The notes under the pieces: model-generated
The model's database searches: none
Told to the model about the DNA's origin: nothing
Seen by the model: only the letters and a program-made list of their open reading frames with translations
Program-made: the position numbers and the translations under genes
NCBI GenBank assembly: GCA_050251055.1
Contig: JBFWNL010000004.1
Span: forward strand, 1-64,000
DNA: 64,000 nucleotides
Origin: Bacteriovoracia bacterium
GTDB lineage: Bacteria > Bdellovibrionota > UBA1018 > JBFWNL01
Reading direction: 5' to 3'
Shown: piece by piece, positions 1 to 9,621 of the stretch
Position numbering within the stretch: the first letter of the stretch is position 1
Layout of the letters: the number at the start of each line of letters is the position of its first letter

Positions 1-1051
1 AGAAGCCGTAACCGAACGCTAACCGCGCGAAGTAGTAGTTACGCGTTAACCAGAGTTCGCCGCCCACCTTCGCGCCGAGCAAAGTCCCGCTGCCGCTCAT
101 GTTCACGCCGCTCGTGGTATTGCTGTATTGCCGAGAAAACGAGCCAGTCCACGTCCCTCCGGAAACCCAACCCAGGCGAGGGGGCTGGAGCGCGTTCGCT
201 TTTTCTTCCCCGGCGGGATCGGGCAACGCCGGATCGACCTCGGGCGGCTTAGGTAGGACTTTGAGTACTTTTTGATAGCGCGTGATCTGGTGTCCCGGCT
301 CCTCGGCCTGGACCTTACCGAACGCGATCTTTTCCTCGACCTTATCGACCACCAGCCGACCGGTTTCAATCGTCTTCCACTCCACCAGCTGCTCGAGCAA
401 CGGATGCGTCTTCACTTCCTCGAGACTACCGATCACCAGCGTATCGCCCGCGCGGATTCCTTCGAGGGAACCGGCGTTCACCGTCACCCAGGTATCGTCC
501 CGGCCGGTCACGTGGGCCAGAAACGGCACCTTCTTGAAAAGCGCGTCGAGCGATTTCTTGATCTCATTCTTGATGATGTCTTTATTGAGGGGTTTCGTTT
601 CGCGCGTTTCTTCGAGCTTGAAGGTTTCGGTCGCGAGCAGATTCACGTAAGGCATATGAACCCAGTCGATCACGAAGCGATAATACGGGCCTTCCTTGTA
701 AATCTTGGTGCGCAGGAGCGAGTTCACTCGGAAAGTGCGTGAAACTTGCTTCAGGATCTTTTCGTCCTCGATGAGCTTGCGATACTGGATTTTCGAATTT
801 TCGAGCGCCTCGTACGCGCGCGAAATATCCTGCCATCGAAACCGGCTCTGCTGGGCGAAATACTCTTCGTAGGCCGCGGCCACGTAGTCGGAAAAAATAC
901 CGTCGACGTTGTCCCAAGACTTTAGGTAGCCGATCGTTTCCAGGGAATAGCGATTATCCAGCTCGAACGAAGCGCGCGCGCCCGACGGGGCGAGCACGGC
1001 CAATAGGATCCAACCGAAAAGCGCCGACTTAATTCTCGATTTGGCGCTCAA
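1..1051 (-). CDS. Exported protein (partial, runs off the left edge) with FlgT-C-like domain and probable C-terminal outer-membrane beta-barrel
   Basis: Absent from the ORF track. Manual translation from TTG at 1051 is open to the window edge: MSAKSRIKSALFGWILLAVLAPSGARA (signal peptide) ... HVTGRDDTWVTVNAGSLEGIRAGDTLVIG ... LGAKVGGELWLTRNYYFARLAFGYGF. Confidence 0.7.
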   Translation of the reverse strand, partial: MSAKSRIKSALFGWILLAVLAPSGARASFELDNRYSLETIGYLKSWDNVDGIFSDYVAAAYEEYFAQQSRFRWQDISRAYEALENSKIQYRKLIEDEKILKQVSRTFRVNSLLRTKIYKEGPYYRFVIDWVHMPYVNLLATETFKLEETRETKPLNKDIIKNEIKKSLDALFKKVPFLAHVTGRDDTWVTVNAGSLEGIRAGDTLVIGSLEEVKTHPLLEQLVEWKTIETGRLVVDKVEEKIAFGKVQAEEPGHQITRYQKVLKVLPKPPEVDPALPDPAGEEKANALQPPRLGWVSGGTWTGSFSRQYSNTTSGVNMSGSGTLLGAKVGGELWLTRNYYFARLAFGYGF

Positions 1052-1388
1052 ATGAAGGTTCGAGTCCTGAAAATTTTTGCGGGATCTTCTCTTCATAGAG
1101 GGCAACTAGGGTCTTCAGCTCCGCGATCTCTTGATTGGCTTTTTGGAGTTCCTTCTCCAATTGGAAGAGCTTGGCTTTCAAAGCGACGGAGTCATCGCTC
1201 GCGGTACGAGAGACGTTTACTCCGGACGCATCCGCGTCCCAGATTAAATACCGACCATCTTCCAACTTGTGCTGAATCTTATTCGCCTTGATGTAACGAC
1301 GAAGGGTCGAGAGGCTGATCCCCTGCTTAATCGAATACTCCATTAGTGGGAGCCAGGTCCCGTTCGTCTGTTCAGGCTGCATACTCAC
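1029..1388 (-). CDS. HTH DNA-binding protein (excisionase/MerR-like N-terminus plus coiled coil)
   Basis: WLPLMEYSIKQGISLSTLRRYIKANKI helix-turn-helix followed by the heptad coiled coil LKAKLFQLEKELQKANQEIAELK. Confidence 0.7.
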   Translation of the reverse strand: MSMQPEQTNGTWLPLMEYSIKQGISLSTLRRYIKANKIQHKLEDGRYLIWDADASGVNVSRTASDDSVALKAKLFQLEKELQKANQEIAELKTLVALYEEKIPQKFSGLEPSFERQIEN

Positions 1389-1439
1389 TCCCCAATTGTA
1401 TTTGCTTAACCAGGAAATTCAAGTACTCTGACTGGCGGG

Positions 1440-2666
1440 ATGCAAAAACGCATCGAAATCAGCCCAAAAAAGAAAATTGCCTTCGTTTGTAGCGGAGGGG
1501 CGACCAAAGCCGGAGCTTTTCACTTGGGTGTTGCCCTCGCCCTCAAGGAGCAGGGCTTCAAATTTCAAGGGGGGCTCGCGACTCCTGGGGGGGAAGCCCC
1601 CCTCTTAGGGCCGAAGGACATCGCGACCTACGTGGGCTCCAGCGCCGGATCGATTATCTGCTCTTACCTGGCCGCCGGCTTCTCCCTCGATAATATTTTC
1701 AACTCATTCCTGAATCGTCAACCGACGGATCCCGCCGACGCGACACCGAAAGTACTGCCGCCGCTAACCTACAGCGTGATGTTCAAGCTGCGACGCGAAC
1801 TCGCCGGCGAGCAACTCAAGCAACTGAAGCATTGGCGCGATATCGCCGGCACCCTCATGCGCGGCGATTGGCAACAGCTGGTGGAGATGCGCTGGCTGAA
1901 AACCACGGGCATTTTTTCCACCGCCGGGCTTGAGCAGTACCTGCGCGAGGACGTGCTGCCCTCGAACCGTTTCTCGGATTACCGCTCGGATTTATTCGTC
2001 GTCGGCACCCAGCTCAATCACACGCACAAAGTTGTCTTTGGGAAATACGGCTTCGAGCCGCCGCCGCACGATCCCGACTGCCTCTATAAAAACGACGTGC
2101 CGATCTCGCAGGCGTGCGCGGCGAGTACGGCACTGCCCTTCGTCTACTCCCCTTATCCGATCAAGACCGATAGCGGGCGCGTGAACTACTATATAGACGG
2201 GGAGATTCGCGACACGCTCTCCACGCACGTCGCGGCCGACGCGGGCGCCGACCTGATTTTCGCAAGCTATACCCACCAGCCGTACCACTACAACCGGGAA
2301 GTAGGATCACTCACCGAGTTGGGATTGCCCACGATCCTGATCCAGTCGATTTATCTGGTGGTCGAGCAGAAGGTGAATAACTACATCCATAGCAAGAAGG
2401 TACAGCGCAACGCGATCGATGCGGTTTCCTCGTACTGCCGGCAGCAGGGGCTTGACGACAACCACCGTCGGCGCATCTGTGAAATCCTGGAAAATGAGCT
2501 GCATCACCGGATGAACGTGGATACGATCTATATCCATCCGCGCGCCAACGACACGAAGATGTTCACGAGCGAGCATTTCAATTTGTCGGCCAAGAAAATG
2601 ACCGAAGTGGTGAGAAGCGGCTTCAAGGCCGCGATCGACGTGCTTCGCCGTTACAGATTCAACTGA
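1440..2666 (+). CDS. Patatin-like phospholipase
   Basis: SGGATKA glycine loop, GSSAG nucleophile motif, ASTALP, YIDGE catalytic Asp. Confidence 0.9.
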   Translation: MQKRIEISPKKKIAFVCSGGATKAGAFHLGVALALKEQGFKFQGGLATPGGEAPLLGPKDIATYVGSSAGSIICSYLAAGFSLDNIFNSFLNRQPTDPADATPKVLPPLTYSVMFKLRRELAGEQLKQLKHWRDIAGTLMRGDWQQLVEMRWLKTTGIFSTAGLEQYLREDVLPSNRFSDYRSDLFVVGTQLNHTHKVVFGKYGFEPPPHDPDCLYKNDVPISQACAASTALPFVYSPYPIKTDSGRVNYYIDGEIRDTLSTHVAADAGADLIFASYTHQPYHYNREVGSLTELGLPTILIQSIYLVVEQKVNNYIHSKKVQRNAIDAVSSYCRQQGLDDNHRRRICEILENELHHRMNVDTIYIHPRANDTKMFTSEHFNLSAKKMTEVVRSGFKAAIDVLRRYRFN

Positions 2667-3223
2667 ACAAGCTCGATTTCGCCCCACCAATAGCCGTTGC
2701 CGTATTCGTTCACTGGCAAGACCAACTCGGATCCATCCGCGAGCGTCAAAATCAACGCGCCATCTTCGCCGGATGCATACGACGCGACAATCTGCGAAAC
2801 ATCTCCTTCATCGGCGGATTCATCCGCCCACTGCAGGACCGCTTCGTGTAAGCCACGGTCCAGCAGAAGCTGGACTCCTTCCGCCTCGTAAATCCGATTT
2901 GCCTGTCGCAACTGCTGGATCGCGAGCTCCGGCAGGGCCGACTCGGCGCCGAAGACGCCACAGGTCGTCGCAGAGACCGCCTGGGAAATGCCGCCCGAAT
3001 TACTCAAAACGAAACTCATCGTAGCTGGATTGGCTCGTGCTTCGAGCAGCCGGGCTTTCCCACAGCCGCCGCCGCTGCCGGGCGTAGTGGGGCCCGTGCC
3101 GCTCGCGCTCGTCACCGTGTAATTTGAAGCGAGGTCCGCCCGATTCATCAAGAAGTCCTCGGAGCAGCCCGTGAGCGCGGTTGCCGCCGAAACCAAGAAG
3201 ATTGTCGTCAAAATCCGTTTCAC
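2651..3223 (-). CDS. Hypothetical lipoprotein
   Basis: Signal peptide II with lipobox LTGC, Ser/Gly/Thr-rich tether, GTG start with AAAGGTAGG RBS-like sequence. Confidence 0.75.
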   Translation of the reverse strand: MKRILTTIFLVSAATALTGCSEDFLMNRADLASNYTVTSASGTGPTTPGSGGGCGKARLLEARANPATMSFVLSNSGGISQAVSATTCGVFGAESALPELAIQQLRQANRIYEAEGVQLLLDRGLHEAVLQWADESADEGDVSQIVASYASGEDGALILTLADGSELVLPVNEYGNGYWWGEIELVQLNL

Positions 3224-3351
3224 CGCTGACGTCCTACCTTTCGCCTAAAAACCTGACCCATCCCACCCGTTTCCGGGCTTTTACCTATATTTCTATTTTC
3301 TCCGATTTTGACCCATTTTTCAAATCAGTCATTTTCAAATAAATTATTTAA

Positions 3352-3364
3352 TATCAAATACTTA
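3352..3364 (+). promoter_or_regulatory. Possible IHF-binding site in AT-rich intergenic block
   Basis: TATCAAATACTTA matches WATCAANNNNTTR. Confidence 0.35.
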
Positions 3365-3422
3365 AGCAGACACACCTCTAAAATATGAAGTCTTCTTAAT
3401 ATTTTACTTTCTTTGATTTTGA

Positions 3423-3552
3423 GGTGAACGATGCCCCCAGATCTCCGAGCGAACCTGAGGGCACCATTCGGGGTGGTATAGCCCTTAAACTTTTGGTGAA
3501 GGGTGCCCGCAGAGCGAAAGCCATCTCCGCAGGCACCATTCGGGGTGGTATA
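3423..3552. repeat. Two tandem ~72-bp REP-like hairpin units
   Basis: Exact 21-mer GGCACCATTCGGGGTGGTATA at 3460-3480 and 3532-3552, each preceded by GGTGAAnGnTGCCCnCAGA that can pair with GGCACC. Confidence 0.75.
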
Positions 3553-3562
3553 ACTCGTTCGC

Positions 3563-4165
3563 CTATTTCTCGTCCTTCGCCAGGTACGAGAACTTGATGC
3601 CCGAAATCGTGAGCGAGTCGTCTTTATCGACGTCAGCCACCAACTTGCCGCCCGCAATAAGTCCTTCGTCTTTAGATTCTTTTACTTCCAACGCCACGTC
3701 TTGGCCTGAAATTTCGAGCGCGCCCCATGCGATGGGATTATCCAGATCAACGCCCGAATACAGCGAAAAAACCGCCTTTTTCACGTCTAACTTTAAGGCG
3801 TAATAGTCGCCGTTTTTATCCATTTCCGACACGAAAAGATCTTCGTCCGCTTCCACGCGGATACGCGCGAAATCCGAGAGGCCGCCATCATTGGCGAAGC
3901 CGACGGCGCCCGCTTGGGAAGTCGCCACGCATTGCACGCCGCCACCAGCACCGATGGCTTGCACGCCACCGTCCGCCTTCATCGAAATTCCGCTGCGCTT
4001 ATTGTTGCTGCATCCGCTACCGCCGCCGCTACCGCTGGTGGCGCCTGTACCTGCGCTCGCGCGAGACGTACGGGCGCTGGACCCACTTTCGGTCCGATTC
4101 CCGCCAATGCAACCACTCGCCAATAAGCAAAGGGGCAAAATTGTAACAGCCATTAAGTTCTTCAC
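3563..4165 (-). CDS. Hypothetical lipoprotein
   Basis: Lipobox ASGC, Ser/Gly-rich tether, GTG start. Confidence 0.75.
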   Translation of the reverse strand: MKNLMAVTILPLCLLASGCIGGNRTESGSSARTSRASAGTGATSGSGGGSGCSNNKRSGISMKADGGVQAIGAGGGVQCVATSQAGAVGFANDGGLSDFARIRVEADEDLFVSEMDKNGDYYALKLDVKKAVFSLYSGVDLDNPIAWGALEISGQDVALEVKESKDEGLIAGGKLVADVDKDDSLTISGIKFSYLAKDEK

Positions 4166-4250
4166 GACGCACGTTCCACCTTTCGAACTTAGAAAACTAA
4201 ATTGTGATACCGACCCGTCCCACCCGTTTTACCGGGGTGACCTACAATCC

Positions 4251-4279
4251 ATTCTGCCGCGATCGGCCCAAAAGATCAA
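4251..4279 (-). promoter_or_regulatory. Putative sigma70 promoter for the 4165 lipoprotein
   Basis: Minus strand TTGATC-N17-CAGAAT. Confidence 0.4.
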
Positions 4280-4363
4280 GCGGCGCGTTATATAAAAATA
4301 TCAATAATTACAAATATTTAAACAAAAACTCTCACTAATATTTAAATAAATTTAACAATGTTT

Positions 4364-5590
4364 TCATTTTCCCTGAGCCTCCAGATGCCGGATATCCATT
4401 TTACGCAGGGCTGGGGCCAGCGCTGCGATAACCGTTACCGTGACTAACGTCACCGTGCCCCCCAATAAAACCGAGGGAACCGTTCCCAGAAGCTTGGCCG
4501 CTAGACCCGATTCAAAGGCGCCCAACTCATTAGATGACCCGATGAAGATGGAGTTCACCGCCGACACGCGTCCGCGCATGTGCTCGGGCGAGGAAAGCTG
4601 CACAATCGCCCCGCGCGTGACCATGCTGATGCTGTCGAGCGCCCCGCCCAGGGCCAGGAGCGCGAATGAAACCCAGAACGTGGTCGAAAGTCCGAAACCA
4701 ATCATGCAAAAGCCATAACCCGCGACCGCCACGAGCAAGATCATTCCGGCTTGGCGCTTAATCGGAAAGCGCACGAGATACAGGCTCATCACCAACGCGC
4801 CAACCGCCGAAGCCGCCCGCAGGAAGCCCAAGCCCACGGGCCCCGTGTGCAGAATCTCGGCGGCGAACACCGGGAGAATCGCCGTCACGCCCCCGAAGAG
4901 CACGGCGAACATATCTAACGCCAACGCCGAAAACAAAAGTGGATGGGAGAAAACAAACTTCAACCCGGAGGTGAAACGCTGAATGCCCTTCTCGGCGATC
5001 GCCGCCGCATTCGGCACGTGCCGATAGGCCACCCTGCCCCAAGTCGCGAGCCCCAGAATCAGTAATGCACAGTTAAGCGCGTAAGGAACAATCGCGCCTT
5101 GCCAGGCGTAGAGCAGTCCCGCCAGCGCGGGGCCGCAGATCGTTGCGATCTGAAACACCCCGGTGACCCAAGCCGATGACGTCGTCCAGGTGTCCCGCGG
5201 CACCACCCGCGGAATGACCGAATACATCGAAGGCCCCGAAAACGCGCGGCCCAACCCCGTGAGAAACGCGGCCACGTAAATCAGTCCAACCCGCGCGGGA
5301 TCCGAAAGGGCGAGCATCGGTAAAGAGGCCGCCACCAGAATCACGGCCGAGAGCAACGAGATCCTCAATACATTCTGGTAAACGCGATGGGGGTTGTGGC
5401 GATCCACGAAGTCGCCCGCAAAGAGCGCCAACCCCAACGCGGGAATCGCCTCCGTAAGTCCGATCAAACCCAAGTAGAGGGGGTCCTTGGTGAGGGAATA
5501 AACCTGCCACCCCATGAGCACGGCCTGACCCTGCACGGCGAACGTGAAGAAAAGCCGGGTCATTATAATGTTGCGGAAGCTGGGGAGCAT
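4364..5590 (-). CDS. MFS transporter (DHA3/EntS-like)
   Basis: About 12 TM helices, AGDFVDRH motif A, PEHMRGRV. Start reassigned to ATG 5590, which overlaps the recN stop (TAATG). Confidence 0.9.
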   Translation of the reverse strand: MLPSFRNIIMTRLFFTFAVQGQAVLMGWQVYSLTKDPLYLGLIGLTEAIPALGLALFAGDFVDRHNPHRVYQNVLRISLLSAVILVAASLPMLALSDPARVGLIYVAAFLTGLGRAFSGPSMYSVIPRVVPRDTWTTSSAWVTGVFQIATICGPALAGLLYAWQGAIVPYALNCALLILGLATWGRVAYRHVPNAAAIAEKGIQRFTSGLKFVFSHPLLFSALALDMFAVLFGGVTAILPVFAAEILHTGPVGLGFLRAASAVGALVMSLYLVRFPIKRQAGMILLVAVAGYGFCMIGFGLSTTFWVSFALLALGGALDSISMVTRGAIVQLSSPEHMRGRVSAVNSIFIGSSNELGAFESGLAAKLLGTVPSVLLGGTVTLVTVTVIAALAPALRKMDIRHLEAQGK

Positions 5591-7266
5591 TACACGGACG
5601 CGGACTGGATTAACTCCGCCGCGTTTTGCAGGCTGCTCTTCGTGAGCTTCGGGCCCCCGAGCATGCGCGCGATCTCTTCTTGGCGCGATTTCGTGCTGAG
5701 CTCCAGGATCTCGGTGATCGTGCGATTCTTCTCCACGCGCTTTTGCACGGTCAGGTGGCAGTCCGCGAAGGACGCCACCTGCGGCAAGTGCGTGATACAA
5801 ATGACCTGGTTGTACTTCGAAACCGACTTAAGCTTCTTACCCACTTCAAACGCGGTCTGCCCGCCGATACCGGCGTCGATTTCGTCGAAAAGGTAAACCC
5901 CGATGCCGCCTTTGTCGGCGATCACGCGACGGATGGCGAGCATCAGGCGAGAAAGCTCGCCCCCGGAGGCGATCTTGCCCAAGGGACGCTCGGCCTCGCC
6001 TTTGTTGGTACGGATGCTGAATTCGATTTCGTCGGCGCCGAAGGCGGTCGACCACTGTGAGATATCTTCCTTCATCGTGAGCGCTACCTTCAACTGGGCG
6101 TCGGTCATGCGGAGGTCTTTTAACTCCCCATTTACCGAATCCGAAAGGGTCTTCGCGACTTTGCGGCGGGCGTCCGACAACCGGTGACCATCATTATAGA
6201 GGTCAGCCTCCGACTTCACCAGAAATTCATTGAGTTCTTCGATCCGCTCATTCACCTGACCTAGCGAGGAAAATTCCGACTCGATCCGCGCGAAGGTGGC
6301 TAGCATCTCCTCGACGGTGGCGCCGTACTTGCGGCGCAGGTCCGCGATGAGCGCCAAGCGATCCTGCACTTCCTGAAGGCGATCCGGATTGAGGTCCAGA
6401 TCCTGTTGGTAGCGGGAAAGCGCGAGGCACGCCTCTTCCACTTCCGCCGCCGCGCGTTCCACGCCCTCGAGCCACGGCTGCGCCACGGGATCCATTTCGC
6501 CGAGTGCTTTCAGCTTGCCGGCGGCGGCCTGCAGGAGTGCCGTCACGCCTTGGTCGGCATCGAACATTTCGCGCGCGGCTTCAGCGAGCTTCAGGCGCTG
6601 CTCGGTAGTCTGCAGCAGGCGCTTTTCCTCACGTAGCAAATCGTCTTCACCGGGCGTGAGTGCCGCCGCCTTCAGCTCTTCCAGCTGGAACTGCAGATAA
6701 TCGGACTTGCGCACGCGCTCGGCCTCGGACGCGCGCAGCGCTTCAAGCTCGGCGCGCAACGACCGCACATGCGAAAATGCATTGGCCACGCGCTCGGCCT
6801 GCTCGCCCAGGCCCCCATAGCGATCCAGCAACTCGATCTGCGTCCGCGGCTTGATCAGCGATTGGTGCTCGTGCTGGCCGCAAAGGTCGATCAAGCCTTC
6901 GCAGAGCTCGGCCAAAATCCCCAGGGTCGCGAGCTCCCCATTCACATGGATACGGTGACGACCGCCGCGATGGAGTACCCGGCGGATCAAAAGCTCGCTC
7001 GTCTCGGACGGAAATCCGCGATGCACCAACCGATCGCGCATCCAAGACATTTCCGAAACATCGAAGAGACCTTCAATCACCGCTTCCTCGCAGCCCGTGC
7101 GAATGAACTCAGTGCTCGCGCGCCCTCCCAGCAGGAGCGAAATCGCCTCGAGCACGATGGACTTCCCCGCCCCGGTTTCGCCGGAGAGAATGTTCAAACC
7201 TTCGGTGAATTTAATTTCCGCGGAATCAATGACGGCCAGGTTTTTGATCTTGAGGACTTCGAGCAT
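5590..7266 (-). CDS. recN: DNA repair protein RecN
   Basis: GETGAGKS Walker A, GQHEHQ, ASGGELSR signature, FDEIDAG, ITHLPQVA. Confidence 0.97.
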   Translation of the reverse strand: MLEVLKIKNLAVIDSAEIKFTEGLNILSGETGAGKSIVLEAISLLLGGRASTEFIRTGCEEAVIEGLFDVSEMSWMRDRLVHRGFPSETSELLIRRVLHRGGRHRIHVNGELATLGILAELCEGLIDLCGQHEHQSLIKPRTQIELLDRYGGLGEQAERVANAFSHVRSLRAELEALRASEAERVRKSDYLQFQLEELKAAALTPGEDDLLREEKRLLQTTEQRLKLAEAAREMFDADQGVTALLQAAAGKLKALGEMDPVAQPWLEGVERAAAEVEEACLALSRYQQDLDLNPDRLQEVQDRLALIADLRRKYGATVEEMLATFARIESEFSSLGQVNERIEELNEFLVKSEADLYNDGHRLSDARRKVAKTLSDSVNGELKDLRMTDAQLKVALTMKEDISQWSTAFGADEIEFSIRTNKGEAERPLGKIASGGELSRLMLAIRRVIADKGGIGVYLFDEIDAGIGGQTAFEVGKKLKSVSKYNQVICITHLPQVASFADCHLTVQKRVEKNRTITEILELSTKSRQEEIARMLGGPKLTKSSLQNAAELIQSASV

Positions 7267-7285
7267 AATTCCCTACCCTATACCC

Positions 7286-8203
7286 CTAACGCATTCCGAA
7301 GTTCAGTTTTTCCTGTAACAGGCTGAAATAGTCCCGGTCCGGCGAATTCACGATCTGCAGCGAATGCTTTTGGAATCGCCGCACCACGACCACGTCGTCC
7401 ACCTTCATGTCCACGACATCCTGGCCATCCAAGGTGAGGAAAACCTGCCCGGGTCGATCTTTCAACGTGAGCTGAAGTTCTTTGCGATCTGATAAAACAA
7501 TAGGACGCTGCGTTAGGCTATGCGGGCAAATCGGCGATAAAACCAAGGCGTGAAGCGACGGCTCCAAGATTGGGCCCCCGGCCGCGAGGGAATAGGCAGT
7601 CGATCCCGTCGGCGTACTAATGATGACCCCGTCCGCCCGTAGGTTGTTGATTGCTCGTCCGTCCACCTTGATTTCCAATCCAATAATACGAGCGATCGCC
7701 CCTTTGGCGATGACCGCGTCGTTCACCACGGGCGCACTGAATACGGTTTTCCCTTTGCGCTTCAGCTCCACTTCCAAAAGCGCGCGCTCGCTCACCTTCA
7801 GCGCACCCTTCTCCACGATCCGCTTTAAAACCGCGAGACCCTCGTCGTAGCGGATTTCCGTGAGGAAGCCCAATCGCCCCAAATTCACGCCCATGACGGG
7901 TACGCTGCGCTCGCTCATTAAACGCGCGATACTGAGAAAAGTACCATCCCCACCGCAAACAATGATGAGATCCGTATGACTGACTAATTTGGGCTTGTCG
8001 ACGACCTGCACGCCCGCTTTCGCCTGAGCCTTTTGGCCTCCGAGAGGCTCTTTCAATTTCGACGCCAGTTCCTTCGCGATCGGCGCGCTTTCCTCGGCGA
8101 AAAAAACGGTTTTCTTTTTGGAGCGGAGGTACATTCCCAGCTGAATCGCCAGGTCGGCGGCTTCGGGTTTGTGAAACTTCACAACGATGCCAAAATTTTG
8201 CAT
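7286..8203 (-). CDS. nadK: NAD(+) kinase
   Basis: GGDGT, GVNLGRLGFLT, ND, DGVIISTPTGSTAYSLAAGGP; adjacent to recN. Confidence 0.96.
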   Translation of the reverse strand: MQNFGIVVKFHKPEAADLAIQLGMYLRSKKKTVFFAEESAPIAKELASKLKEPLGGQKAQAKAGVQVVDKPKLVSHTDLIIVCGGDGTFLSIARLMSERSVPVMGVNLGRLGFLTEIRYDEGLAVLKRIVEKGALKVSERALLEVELKRKGKTVFSAPVVNDAVIAKGAIARIIGLEIKVDGRAINNLRADGVIISTPTGSTAYSLAAGGPILEPSLHALVLSPICPHSLTQRPIVLSDRKELQLTLKDRPGQVFLTLDGQDVVDMKVDDVVVVRRFQKHSLQIVNSPDRDYFSLLQEKLNFGMR

Positions 8204-8242
8204 GGGGTACCCTTTGTGCTATATAAGCGCAAAGAGGAAGTC

Positions 8243-9586
8243 ATGTCCAGCGATTGGAACAGCGGAGCCGCACAGCCTGATCTATTTACGCGTCCTCCGT
8301 CCTTCGGACCTCTGGCGCACCGAATGCGCCCCAAGCATCTCGACGAATTCATCGGACAAGAAGCGGTACTCGGACCCGGCAAGCCGTTGCGGCTTTGGAT
8401 CGAGGCCGACCGCGTGCCCTCGCTTGTGCTCTGGGGCCCCCCCGGTTGCGGCAAAACTACGCTCGCCCGCATCATCGCCGAACGAACCCAGGCCCGTTTC
8501 GCTTCCCTGAGCGCCGTGCTCTCCGGGGTAAAGGACATTAAGGATGCGGTGGCCACCGCCGAGATGAATTTACGCGACCGTAGGCGCAAGACGATCCTAT
8601 TCGTAGACGAGATCCATCGCTTCAACAAGGCCCAGCAGGACGCCCTACTCCCCCACGTGGAAAACGGCACTGTGACCCTGATTGGCGCGACGACCGAGAA
8701 CCCGTCGTTCGAACTCAACTCCGCGCTTTTGTCCCGCGCGCGCGTGATCCGCCTGGAGACATTAACGTCCGATGCACTCGGCACGATCCTTCGCCACGCC
8801 TTGCAGGACCCGGAGCACGGGTTGGGCGGAACGCTCGCGCTCACCGACGAAGCCGTGCAGTGGCTTGCGGAAACCGCCGACGGAGACGCCCGGCGCGCGC
8901 TCACGACGCTCGAAAATGTGTCGCTTTCCCGCATGGGCGTAGGCCATGCGCTCACGCGCGAGGAAACCCAGGCCGCGCTGGAATCCGCGATGGAGCGCCA
9001 ACCGCTTCGTTACGACAAGAACGGCGAGGAACACTATAATGTTGTGTCGGCCTTCATTAAGTCGATCCGCTCGAGCGACCCGCATGCGGGCTTGTATTAC
9101 CTGGCGCGCATGCTGGAAGGCGGGGAAGACCCGCTCTTCATCTGCCGGCGGCTCGTGATCCTGGCGTCCGAAGACGTTGGCAATGCCGATCCGCGTGCGC
9201 TGCAAGTCGCGCTCGCCGTGAAAGACGCGGTGGACTTCGTCGGCATGCCCGAAGCGCGCATCAACTTGGCCCAAGCCGTGACCTATCTCGCGCTCGCGCC
9301 CAAGAGCAACGCGAGCTACGTCGGCATCGGCGAAGCGCTCGAGGAAGTTCGCAAATCGGGCTCGCTGCCCGTACCCTTGCACCTCCGAAACGCCGTCACC
9401 GGCCTGATGAAATCAGAAGGCTACGGCAAGGGCTATCAATACGCCCACAGCGACGCGCAGGCGATCGTGAAGCAAAAGCATTTGCCCGACGCGATCACTG
9501 GCCGCCACTTCTACCGCCCAAAGGACGTCGGGCTTGAGAAGCAGCTCAAGGAAAAGCTCGATCAGCTGAATCCGAACTTCTCCTGA
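8243..9586 (+). CDS. rarA: Replication-associated recombination protein A (MgsA/RarA AAA+ ATPase)
   Basis: PLAHRMRP, WGPPGCGKT, DEIHRFNKAQQD, ATTENPSF, SEDVGNADP. Start set to ATG 8243 after AAGAGG. Confidence 0.95.
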   Translation: MSSDWNSGAAQPDLFTRPPSFGPLAHRMRPKHLDEFIGQEAVLGPGKPLRLWIEADRVPSLVLWGPPGCGKTTLARIIAERTQARFASLSAVLSGVKDIKDAVATAEMNLRDRRRKTILFVDEIHRFNKAQQDALLPHVENGTVTLIGATTENPSFELNSALLSRARVIRLETLTSDALGTILRHALQDPEHGLGGTLALTDEAVQWLAETADGDARRALTTLENVSLSRMGVGHALTREETQAALESAMERQPLRYDKNGEEHYNVVSAFIKSIRSSDPHAGLYYLARMLEGGEDPLFICRRLVILASEDVGNADPRALQVALAVKDAVDFVGMPEARINLAQAVTYLALAPKSNASYVGIGEALEEVRKSGSLPVPLHLRNAVTGLMKSEGYGKGYQYAHSDAQAIVKQKHLPDAITGRHFYRPKDVGLEKQLKEKLDQLNPNFS

Positions 9587-9621
9587 CTTGGTTTCCCCAA
9601 TTTCATCCCAAAAAAACTAAT

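Noticed and set aside
103-917. ORF-track calls 103..369, 272..742, 282..650 and 582..917
   Set aside because: Shadow frames of the real minus-strand gene 1..1051
3460-3552. Possible mini-CRISPR array
   Set aside because: Only two copies, the intervening sequence is itself partly repeated, and there are no cas genes
3325-3657. 110-aa ORF containing repeated YTTPNGA
   Set aside because: Translation of the intergenic DNA repeat; overlaps a better gene and has no coding signature
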